A DNA stretch of 20,000 nt, taken from Catajapyx aquilonaris. Lineage: Eukaryota. Positions 1-15,400 of the stretch are shown one piece after another. The position numbers and the translations under genes are program-made. Below the pieces are notes generated by a model. It was given only the letters and a program-made list of their open reading frames with translations. It had not been told where the DNA came from and did no database searches. Where the stretch lies: the NCBI GenBank assembly GCA_000934665.2, contig JYFJ02002452.1:55184-75183 (forward strand), read 5' to 3'. The number at the start of each line of letters is the position of its first letter. Within the stretch, counting starts at the first letter, position 1.

Positions 1-48
1 AAAAAGCTGAGCCTGCAGTGTGCATCAGAGTTTGTTTTATCTCAACAG

Positions 49-4645
<4,597 letters not shown>

Positions 4646-4730
4646 ATTGTGATGTAGTGTGATTGTACAAATTAGGACACATGTGAATTCGCAAGAAGTA
4701 TACGTACTCTCTATCTCAAGCAGCCCTCTC

Positions 4731-4736
4731 TTTATT
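4731..4736 (-). terminator. Candidate polyadenylation signal (AATAAA) of the WSC gene
   Basis: TTTATT on the + strand, about 95 nt downstream of the TAG stop. Confidence 0.6.
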
Positions 4737-4831
4737 TTGCTGCCATTGGCCAAATAATTCGTCCAAATATTACATAACGCTACTCTGAAAACTACAAGCG
4801 AAGTGCGCAAGTTTTAAATCCCAACTCGTAT

Positions 4832-5407
4832 CTACAGCAGATGGTATATCTGAGCACGTCTTCTGTCGCCACAAGCAACCCGCTTGTCTCCGGAGCAGGG
4901 CATTGAACAGGCCGACTCATTGTTGGGCGTGATGACTCCTCGCAGAATACCCTCAGGGACAGTGTTGGAGCACATGCACTCGTATCTAGAAAAATTAACA
5001 ATTCAACCACTCATTGCCGAAGTGCGGATGTTGCGCTAAGCCTTACCCTTTGGCCACTGCAGCAGCGGGGTAGCCATTCTCCCAACAAATCATGATGCAG
5101 TTGTCCACACTATTTGTCTCGTACAGTGTGTAGATCTGAGGGTCATCCAGCATGCGAAGGCACACTGCCGTGAAGCAGTCCGCAAAACATCCGAGATCTA
5201 CACAAAGTACAGGTTACTAACATAGCCCCGATAATGCTCGTAAAGAAACTTACATTCCACTCGGATTATTGCGTTGCAGTGGACGGTGAACACTCTCCCC
5301 GGATTGGACAGGTAAGTGGGAGGGTACTCAGTCGTAGTTGATTTAGGGCGGTTAACGATGGCCGTGATCAGCGTGAACCTCAAGAGCACACCCAGAAGCA
5401 AGCGCAT
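4832..5407 (-). CDS. Small, probably secreted single-WSC-domain (carbohydrate-binding-type) protein, 152 aa
   Basis: Minus-strand exons 5407-5254, 5197-5047 and 4985-4832 (TAG). Introns are 56 bp (GTAAGT...TGTGTAG) and 61 bp (GTAAGG...TTTTCTAG), phases 1 and 2 match, total 459 nt. Protein: MRLLLGVLLRFTLITAIVNRPKSTTTEYPPTYLSNPGRVFTVHCNAIIRVEYLGCFADCFTAVCLRMLDDPQIYTLYETNSVDNCIMICWENGYPAAAVAKGYECMCSNTVPEGILRGVITPNNESACSMPCSGDKRVACGDRRRAQIYHLL. The pattern YLGCF.D ... C...C...GY ... ECxC ... C...CSGD....CG ... IY is the WSC signature. AATAAA follows at 4736-4731. Confidence 0.88.
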
Positions 5408-5534
5408 TATTGGTTATAATTATTAGTTACATGTCACGTTAACCAGAAGCCACTACTGCGCAGTGTGCATTCAACTGGAAACGGGGAAAGGAAGCACAAA
5501 ATTACAGCTCATCACAACTGATCCCTTCTGACAG

Positions 5535-5540
5535 TTTATT
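5535..5540 (-). terminator. Candidate polyadenylation signal (AATAAA) of SDHAF4
   Basis: TTTATT on the + strand, about 27 nt downstream of the TGA stop. Confidence 0.65.
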
Positions 5541-5566
5541 ATTTACAAGGCTACTTCGCAGCACAT

Positions 5567-6061
5567 TCAGAAGTCGGAAACGCGTCCCTTCCTCTCCCAG
5601 TCCCCGTATCGGGTGGGTTCCGGCCCCTTCGGTCCTCCCTTCTCCCCAGTGTTTGGGTTGACTCCCTCAGGCCACGGAGCCAGCGGTTCCTGCTCCTGGT
5701 GGGGATGCTGCCCTTCCTCCAGCTCATCAAGCTTGCCTGCGTAACGACACATGGCGTTACTACTAGTTGCACACCCTGTATTGTACGCGACTGCACGGTG
5801 GGGTAACCACCTGGTTTTTTTTGTGGGAGTGGTTACCCAAATTGTGCCATACCTATGGGTGTCTTCCCCCGGACTGGCTTCTTCGGCTGCGACCTGCTGC
5901 ATCCGTCCCCCTTGGAGTCATCCGTCGTTGAGCTCCACCGCACCCCTGCAACACCACGCAACAATGCAACCGCACAATATTAAAGTGTGTCATCCCCTAC
6001 CTGCCACCCTGTTGCAGCCCAATCCAGGCCACATCCTGATCAACCTGTTGCAACAATGCAT
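5567..6061 (-). CDS. SDHAF4: Succinate dehydrogenase assembly factor 4, mitochondrial (Sdh8/Sirup family), 107 aa
   Basis: Exons 6061-6001, 5945-5853 and 5736-5567 (TGA), GT-AG introns of 55 and 116 bp, total 324 nt. Protein: [107 protein letters not shown]. The C-terminal [23 protein letters not shown] is the family signature. The Arg-rich N-terminus ending RWSS resembles a mitochondrial presequence. Confidence 0.95.
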
Positions 6062-6456
6062 CTTCCCCAACAATGTGAATGAGGCGGGTATCCGCGCCTC
6101 TAGCGTCCGCTGCTTCAGACACGCGCTTCTGACACCAGTGGCCAGATGGCTCCACTGGTTAGCGGCAGTATTTTTTTTTTCCTCTCCCTTTTTTTTTATT
6201 AATATTCCGCGATTATTTCTGATTCTTGTTGTTGTTGTTGTTGTTGAGGGATTGGGTGTGTAGATGGATTTTTTGTAGGGTCGTTCAACCACACTGGTGG
6301 ACGGACGGGCAGAGCGTGGGTAGGAGCAGTGGACAAGGGACGCAGGGAGTGCGGTGGACGCCAGGGTAGGTACACCCAACCAACAGTACAGTACAGTGGA
6401 CAAGAGGGTTTTCCCGCCTAGTGATCAGTACACGAGGCACCTTATATACGAAACAG
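6062..6456. promoter_or_regulatory. Probable bidirectional promoter and 5' UTR region shared by SDHAF4 (-) and PBRM1 (+), with a probable PBRM1 5'-UTR intron at 6366-6456
   Basis: Divergent start codons at 6061 and 6457 leave 395 bp between them. A CAG lies immediately before the PBRM1 ATG, and a donor-like GG|GTAGGT starts at 6366. Transcription start sites cannot be determined from sequence. Confidence 0.6.
6226..6246 (+). repeat. (TTG)7 microsatellite
   Basis: Seven perfect TTG units read directly. Confidence 0.9.
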
Positions 6457-9400
6457 ATGGCAAAGCGGCGAAGGGCCTCATCAGCCGCAAGCCGGGGTCA
6501 GGACGACGACGGACAGGAAGTTGACTACACGCCTGAACCTGTGACCAGGAAGCGCAAAAAATATGACCCAGTGAGTACAGCACATTAATTGCATGGCACA
6601 CTTACTGAATTTAACCGCATCCAGGCCGAGATATGCCAGCAGCTGTACGAAACGGTTCGTAACTACAAGAAGGAGGATGGGAGCCTCTTGTGCGATGCGT
6701 TCATTAGGGTGCCCAAGAGGAGGCAGGAACCCAGGTATTACGAGGTGGTCACCAACCCAATCGACCTACTGAAGATACAGCAGAAGCTCAAGACTGATGA
6801 GTATGATGATGTGGACCCCTTGACGCAGGACATGCATCTGCTTGTCAACAACGCAAAGAGCTTTTACAAGGTGGAGTGTTTTCTCTCTCGCTTATTACTT
6901 GTCAGCATTTTCACCTTTTTAATCCGCTTGCAGAGGTCAAGTCAGGAATACAGGGATGCATGCGAGTTGTGGGAACTGTACAATGAGACCAAGCTGAAAC
7001 TCACCGAAGAAGGGAGACTGGACGACCTGACTGGTAGTGCAGGGGCAGGAGAACATAAGGGAAAGATCATCCTCAAAGTTGGGAAGCTGGTTCGTAAATT
7101 GTATGAAATCTGTTTTCATGCATTGTAACCTAAAACGAGCTTGTCTGCAGGCAAGGCGTGCTGCTGCAGCGGAAGCTCGCAAGCAAGAAATGGAGCAGGA
7201 GGAACTCTCAGAGACATCATCAAGCAACATGGAGGAGGACTGGGCTCAGTACGAGGAACTCTTCGCTGCCGTGATGCACGCCACAGACTCGGATGGGCGC
7301 ACCCTGAACCCAGCCTTCCAGCTTCTCCCCTCTCGACGGAGATACCCAGAGTACTATGAGGTGATTGAGCAGCCCATAGACCTTAAGATGATTGCCACCC
7401 GCATCCAGAACCAAGACTACCAGTCACTGACGGAGATGGAGAGAGACTTGCTGCTGATGACGAGAAATGCATGCACCTTTAACGAGCCTGGGTCACAGAT
7501 CTACAAAGATGCCAAGGCCCTCAAGAAGATCATATCGACTAAGAAGGTTGAGATCGAGCATGGGAGAACGTCAACTCCAGGGAAATCTAGCGAGAGAATC
7601 AGGTGAGAAACATCGTCGATTCCTGTAGCAAAACTGTTTTGAAATTGATATGTGCTTGATTGCTGAGTTACTACCCATTTTTTCAGTGCTTAAATGACGT
7701 GTACTCAAACATTCACAAGAACATGTTGCTTATTTTAATTTAATCAAAGAAGCATTTCACAGTTGGTAATATTTTGCATGCGACATTGAACTTATCTGTA
7801 AAATTTTTGCAGTGCGTAGCTGAATTGGCGATAATAATTGTCCAGTGAAACTATTTTTAATGTATGCGATTCTAACTGCCCATACACTTTTCCTTCGATG
7901 CTCCAGCAGTAGTAAGTGGATGAAATAACTGCTCAGAATTGACCATTTTCCGAATTAAAACCCCAGAATTACGCCACGTAGGAACAAGCGGCTGAGAGGG
8001 GGGCAGTCTCTCTCTGCTGTGACTGCGGCACTGCAGTACGAGGAAGAGGATAATGAAGACGGGGAGGACGGAGAGGAAGACGAAGAGGGGGAAGGGGACG
8101 AGGAGGAGGAAGGAGAGGATGATGATGAGGAAGACGTTGAGGAGATGGAGGCAGAGGAAGAAGCTGACGGGGCCGGAGGAGAGGAGGTCGAGGATGCGGA
8201 CAACCCCAGGTGGCAACTCTACGAGGCCGTGCGGTCTTGCACCAATACACAAGGTACGCACACTTTATTTCTTTACCTCCTAATGCATCCAGGCCACAGC
8301 TTAACCTCACTTTTCATTGGCAGGTTATGCGTTAAGTGAGCCATTCTTGAGGCTGCCTTCCAAACGCTACTACCCAGACTACTACAAGGAGATAAAGAAT
8401 CCCATTTCTCTATCGCAAATCAGGTCAAAAATACAGGTTTGTCCCGTCTTCTCTTGAGCAGCATTTTTTTTTTAAGGGTGGATGATGATTTATTTTTCAT
8501 ATCAACAGCGAGGCGAATATGGAAACATCAGCGAGGTGGCAGGAGACATGAACATTATGTTTGAGAATGCCAAGCAGTATAACAGGCCTGACTCCAGGTT
8601 GTATAAGGATGCAGTAAAGCTACAAAAAGTCATGCAGGGCAAAGTGCAGGACCTGCTGGAGTTTGATCAGGTTAGTGCTCCCAAAACGCCACCACAATTT
8701 GGTGTTTTTAAATGGATATCACTGAACCGAACTTGTCCGAACTGCAGGACTCGGAGAGTGAAGAGGACTTGGATGAAAAGACGGGCAAGAGGAAGCCAAA
8801 ACCAAAAGCCGTGGCCCATGGGAGATCCAAGATCCAGGAGAGCCCACAGAGGAAGCGGTACATGTTGCTGTACCGTACTCTCATTGATTATGTTGTGAGT
8901 GTCCTTTGTCTGAAGTAATGTTGATTGCATATTGATCTTTGGCTCTTTTCATGGGGGTGATTATCCGATTTCTAAATAGCATGAAGATGGTCGTCAGCCA
9001 ATACTGATGTTTATGGAGAAGCCGTCTAAAAAGACATATCCTGACTACTACCAGATCATACCTGAGCCTATTGACATGCTCACAATTGAAGCAAACATCA
9101 AGAACGACCGCTATGTCTGCGAAGAAGAACTCATTGACGACTTCAAGGTCAGTTTCAGTCAACGTGTGAGCACGAAGTAGTTGTGTGTAATGTACGTACA
9201 TGTCATGACACTTTGCTTCTCTCCTGCAGCTGATGTTCAACAATTGTCGCCAGTACAACGAAGAGGGCTCAGTCATATACGAGGATGCGACAACCCTGGA
9301 GCAGGTTATTATGAACAAGGTGAAGGAGTTAGGACCCTCCCTGGATGGAGGGAAGAAGAGCACCAAACGGTTCGACATCTTTTCTCATTGAGTTTTAAAC

Positions 9401-12400
9401 AAGCCATCCTTGCACATTGGTAAAAAAAACGCTTTGATTTCCAGAGTGAAAAAGTTCCCAACCACTTTGCCAATGAAGCTGAAGGCTTTGTATGACGCGA
9501 TTAAGGACTACAAGGACCCTAAGGGAAGGCAGCTGGCTCTGATCTTCCTCAAGCTTCCTTCCAAGAATGTAAGTATGCCAATGACGAACAAGCCACAGGT
9601 CAGTATTTTTTTATGCGGAGTGTTACTGAATTCAATTTATTACCTTATCACAGTGTAATATTTAATGTCCATTAAATTGAACAAAAAGAGGTACTTTTTA
9701 AAGGCATGTGTTCCATTGCCATTGATTGGTAGTATATGATCTGCCGTTATTGCATCGTAGGAGAAACAAAAACTGGCATGCTCATGTGAGGATTTTTGCA
9801 CTTCTGATGGATTTCTGGTATTAACTGAGTTGCTTGTGTGCAGGAATATCCCGACTACTACGAAGTGATAAAGAAGCCTATAGACATGGAGAGGATCCTG
9901 CAGAAGCTGAAGGCAAATGTTTACGAGTCTCTGGATGACCTGTTGTCCGACTATGTCTTGATGTTTGACAATGCCTGCAAGTACAATGAGCCTGACTCAC
10001 AAATATACAAGGTAATTTGAATTAGTACAAACTCGCAGTTAATTTTTTAAAGCCAATGACATTTTGTGGCATAAATGATAGTAAATTGATGTCAATATTC
10101 CAGGATGCATTGACCCTCCAGCGGCTAGCCCTGCAGACCAAGCTTCAGCTGAGTGAGGATGATGAGGCCATCCCAGACGTGAAGGCAGCCGTGCAGGAGC
10201 TGCTCACGTCCTTGTTCATATCAGTGTACAACCATCAGGACGAGGAAGGACGATGCTTCTCTGACGCCATGGCAGAGCTGCCAGAGCATGACGAAGTGGA
10301 TGGGAAGAAGGTGCGAGGGGTCTCCTTTGACCTGGTCAAGCGGAGGCTAGACAGAGGGCTATACAAGAGGATGGACATGTTCCAAGAAGACATGTTTGCA
10401 TGCTTCGACCGTGCCAGAAGACTAAGCAGAACAGACTCGCAGGTCTTTGAGGATTCGGTGGAGCTTCAGGCCTTCTTCATCAGGCAAAGGTGGGTGACAT
10501 TCATATAGTATTTACACGTATAAATCTGTGTTAGTTATATACCAGTATTCACCGAGGTAATCTTGGTCCAATTCTCAACCTCCTTTAGGGATGAATTATG
10601 TCGTCAAGGAGAACTTCTTCGCACTCCTTCACTCTCTTTCACCCTGGAACATTTGGCTTCTACAGTCGAGGCACTGAAACAGGAGAAGCAGCAGAAGGAG
10701 CAGCCAGAAGACGAGGGGGATCACCGAACACCAGACGACACCATCAAGGTTAGAAGACACACAGCGCAGCTACATTCATTTCGTACCATTAAAACACTAG
10801 CAGCCACCTTTTTCACCTTTTCTAGGCCCAGGCTGTGGGTGGCAATGCCATCAGCTACAACCAGGAGACCTATCATGTGGGCGACTTTGTTTACGTGGAG
10901 CCAAAGGAGCGTGGGATGGAGCCACACGTAATATGCATTGAGCGTCTCTGGACGAACCAGGAGGGTCAGGCAATGCTGTACGGAAATTGGTTCTACCGGC
11001 CCAATGAGACGTACCACGTGTCCACACGCAAGTTTCTGGAGAAGGAGGTGTTCAAGAGTGAGGTGCATGCGCCCACCCCCATGAACCAGGTGCTTGGCAA
11101 GTGCTGCGTCATGAGCGTCAAGGACTACTTCAAGAGCAAGCCGGATTCATTTCTTGACAAGGATGTGTACGTGTGTGAGTCCAGGTACTCCACCAAGGCC
11201 CGGGCCTTCAAGAAGATCAAGGTAATTGGGTGAGAGTCGTTTCTGTGAGCACTTGGTAACATCCATCCTTACTCTCTGCCGTTTAGATCTGGCCTTTTTC
11301 GATGCCTAGCTACATCCAACTGGTGCCTCGGGAAATGGCGATCGAGCCTAAACGAATCATGTCTGTGTTCCGAGAACGTGTTGAAAAGCACAAGGAGGAA
11401 ATCGCAGAACTGGAGGAAGGGGAGAAAGTTGTGGAGAAGGAAAGGCCGGTTAGTTCCCCTCTACTTTATTTATAGTTGAAGGAATAATGTGCTGCACATG
11501 TAGTCCTAATGCTTTTTTACTTACTTACCTTTGTCAGAACGTTGAAGTCTATAACCCACAAGGCACGGAAGGCAATGTGTATTACGAGCAGTACACGCTT
11601 GGATGTGGATCCATCAAGGTTGGAGACTGTGTGTACGTCAAAGCCGAGAATGGGAGGCAACTTGTCGCCCAAGTCAACACCATTTGGGTCACCAAAGAGT
11701 GAGTTGCCTTTTTTGTCATTTGTTAGTGGGAATATACTTTTCCAACTCGTTCAAATTGCAACCATTTGATGTCGTTTTCTCTCAAGGGGTGCTGGCTACT
11801 TTCATGCGTCTCTGTTTGTTCCGCCAACGGAGACGATTCATGCACCCACTCGCCTTTTCTACAAGCAAGAGATGTTCCTTTCTACCCTGGAAGATACGCA
11901 CGCTCTAGAGAACATCCTTGCCAGATGCGCTGTGCTGGAACAGGATGAATACATCACATGTGAGCTGTCGCACATCTTTTATAATCATAATGCGAGTAGC
12001 GGCCTGGAGTGTTTCCTCATCTTTGCTGCTACTATTTACGGCCCCACGTCACTTAATATCATGCATTTTTACATATTTGTCTCTTGCTCTTTCCAGGTCG
12101 ACCAACAGAAATCCCTGAGGTTGATTGCTATGTCTGCGAATCCGTGTACGAGGAGGGTCGCCAGGATGTGCGCAAACTCCCTCGGGATGCCCTGAAAAGG
12201 GGACCCCTGGGACCCATGGCCACTCCTGACGAAGTCTACTTCTTCCGCAAGCCCATCAATCCACAGAAGGTAATGTGTATCGACTGCCTGCCTTCGTTAG
12301 TCATTTTTTCCTTAATGAAAAGAGCCACTGCTTTCATTGCATGATGACTATTGCTTTCTACTGAGCTGGAATAGTGGAGAAGTGCCATGTTTTTGCAACA

Positions 12401-15400
12401 GAAGTGCCAGCAGATTTATTACTCGGCTGATAACATTTTATTGTTTCTTATAACTCCATTGTGTAGCAGGGGGATGTTAAAAATGTTTCTTCTGATCAGT
12501 TGCTTCATAGAGAAGGTTCGATCTTTGCCAGTTGCTAACTCAGCTTCGTAAACAGAGGAATGGCCATTTATTTGCGCATGCTTTGCACAATTTTGCTATG
12601 TTTTTGTTTTGTCATGCTCTCCCCCTCCCGACGGCCTACCCCGTCTCCTTCCCTCCACACATGACGTCCTTTGCAGATAGAGAACGAGGCTGCAAGCATT
12701 CAACTCAGGTCAAAGTTCAAAGTGCTGTGTGAGCGTGTGAGTACTTTACTTTTGTTTCGACTTTTTTTTGGCAAAGGGGGTTGGACTAAAAAGGGGCAGT
12801 TTGGTTGAGTTTTCCTTCATTTCTGCCTGGTGATTATGAGTTATATTGATACTGTACACATGCGATGAGTCATCGTGATAGCAGGGAAGTTCTTTTATGA
12901 CACTGCTTGCCACTAGGGGAGCTGGCTTCATTCCTGTGAAGATGTTGTTGCATTCAGAAGTTAGGAATTACGATCAGAATACTCTCACCGAAATGCTCAC
13001 ACTTCAGGTTTGTACGAGTAACTTTCACGTGTGGGCTGGGAAAGCCCAGCATGGGTACACGTCTTGTGCAGACGAACAAGGATGTGCGAGGGTGCATCTT
13101 TAAGCAGTGTCTTGTTGCAGTTGAACATAACAGGGGTTCAGCGTTACGCAGCGAGTGCGTTGGTCCATAGTAACAGCTCCAAACGTTGCCGCACATGACT
13201 GGGTTCACTTATTCACAAGCCTGGTCGTTAGGCACAATATCAGATATAAAAATTTCTATCAATGGCTGTGCTTTCAAGTTTCTATTGTATTCGAGTGAAA
13301 AATGGTTTCTTTGCACGTCATCAGCTGATAGCATATCAAAAAGTGGGATTATATCCATCGTGATCAGGAAATCTGCAGGCTAGGCTGTGGCCTTGCACAT
13401 TGCTCAATTCTGAAGAAAAAACAGGAATGTTGCAAATCATACTTGGGGGGGTGGGAATTACAGGGCATGCGCCCTGTTGCATTTGAACATCGCCGGTATC
13501 GTCATCTTGTGTTAATTCTGGTGTGATATGGTGTGGGAAAATTTGTGGTTGTGAAATAACGTGTGTCGTGCGTGGGTTATTTTGTGAATGTGCCCCATGC
13601 TTGGCAAGTGAGGCTGTGATAGTTTTAATGCATGCGTGAATGATGTGATTTCATGAATAGCTGCAATGAATGGCTGCATGTTACATAGCTGAAGGCATTA
13701 AAGGTGTGGGTATGCGGAAAGCAAGGCTGTTAGTGAATCTGGGGAATGTTCACATAATTAGTTCTATATAGCGTAGTTAGCGTAACTTAACATATATGAT
13801 GATGATGGCAGTGTAACAAACGATATACGCAAAGGTCCTCCTTTGTTTGGCTGCAGGATCCACTTGCTACTGGTCTAGGAAAAGAATTTGTTGATGCACA
13901 TGTTATGACAGTGCAGCAGCTTCCTCCATCACAAATGACCTTTTGTTACAACCAGATTCATTGCCACATGTGATCCTTGTTTTTCTGGCCTTGAGAGCAG
14001 TTCATTCCAAGGATGCCACCTTTTTGAGTGCAGAACTGCAGCGCTTGTTGGGTAAAACTTCAGCCTGAGATCCTAAACGTACTTAAATGCAACTCACGGC
14101 ATGACTTGATTTAAGTGTCGGTAAAAAGATGGGGTTTTGTGAACATATTACACCGTATCTGTGCTGCTGTCATATTACATCGCTACTTTGGTTCAGTTAT
14201 GCCGTATCAAGTCATTCAATCGAGATGGAACTCAGTGGGTACCGTCTGTTACATTAAACTGTGCATTATTTTCTGATGCGTTTAATTCTGGGCCAAAATA
14301 ATGATGTGTGCATGTGAATGTGTCAAAATACGGACGAATCGTAAGGTGGGCGGGTTCCTTGGCAGGAGCCATCCCCATTGCTGGCCAAAATGGTTGGGGA
14401 TAACGACCTGGTGATGGGAGGAGTGTCTCTTGGAGTTGGAGTTGGGGCGGATGACTCCCTGGACGGTGCCCCTGGATCTTCCCTGGGTGGATCCGTGGTG
14501 GGAGACCAACTCATGATGTCAACCCACACAGTCATTGTGACTCCGACAACTGCCGGGAAGAAGGTGAAGACTCCGGGGAAAAAGCTCGTTACTGGATACA
14601 TACTCTATTCGAGTGACATCCGGAAGAGCGTCGCTGCAAAGAACCCAGAGTCCAGCTTCGGAGAGATCAGCCGAATTGTTGGGAACGAGGTCAGTTGGTT
14701 GGGGTTGTTGAAAATTTTGGAAATAATAGTTGTGCTAGGAAACAATAGTTGTGATGTGAATACATATCTAGCATTTTTTATTGCTGACAGTGAAAATAAT
14801 GGAAATAGCATGATAATAATTTTATTCAACATAGTGAGACATGCAAGTTTAGCTAGCTTTTGAAAAGGAAGTTTTTGTGAGTGATGGGCAGTGCACATTC
14901 CTTATCACTGATATTTGTTATCACAGCCATTGCTGATATATCAGACGCTCCGCTGCTTGCTACACATGCACTAATGAGTTTTTCTACTTCTCCAGTGGCG
15001 TAATCTTCCCACGTTGGAAAAGCAGGGCTGGGAGGAGCGAGCAGCCAAGATCAATGAGGAGAACGCAGCCAAATTCATCGAGTCCCTTCCAGATGCTTCA
15101 AGCCCTGCAGCATCAAGCACAGGGAGCCAAGGTGGCGGTGGAGGGTTAGGAGGTAAGAAACGTGGCCCTGTTGCCACACATTTGGGTGCAGTTGATCAGT
15201 ATGACAATTAGCCAGGATACTACTTCTAGCCAACATGTCCCATATACGGCACTGTTTGACAGGCGGCGGTGGGGGCGGAGGAAATGCCGGTGGAAACCCC
15301 ATTGGGAATAACCCAGGCGGCATTAACCCAGCCTCTGAGCTGGTGTATGACTGTGGCTGGGAGCACTGCGACTGGCAGTTCGAAGACAATTTGGACCTCC

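Noticed and set aside
4792..5010. 72-aa minus-strand ORF over the WSC gene
   Set aside because: Different frame from the phase-consistent WSC exon 3, and it lacks the Cys pattern.
5307..5317. Perfect plus-strand donor CAG|GTAAGT suggesting an antisense exon
   Set aside because: Explained by minus-strand codons of WSC exon 1 (T-Y-L-S). I found no partner plus-strand exon structure.
5737..5902. N-terminal part of ORF-track protein 5567..5902 (MQQVAAEE...)
   Set aside because: It reads through intron 2 in the wrong frame for exon 2. The spliced frame gives the conserved KTPIGKLDE.
5751..6263. 170-aa plus-strand ORF with hydrophobic stretches
   Set aside because: Antisense to SDHAF4. The hydrophobic C-terminus comes from poly-T and (TTG)n simple sequence in the promoter region.
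7872..8310. Several Ser/Pro/Leu-rich minus-strand ORFs
   Set aside because: Antisense reads of the purine-rich acidic-linker exon.
12341..12430. Possible intronic C/D snoRNA (ATGATGA ... CTGA ... CTGA)
   Set aside because: No terminal stem and no convincing rRNA complementarity by eye. A snoscan or Infernal search would be needed to revive it.
13857..13973. Possible further PBRM1 cassette exon after TTGGCTGCAG (DPLATGLGKEFVDAH...)
   Set aside because: The acceptor is plausible, but only weak donors (GTTATG, GTGCAG) precede an in-frame TGA. Not supportable without RNA data.
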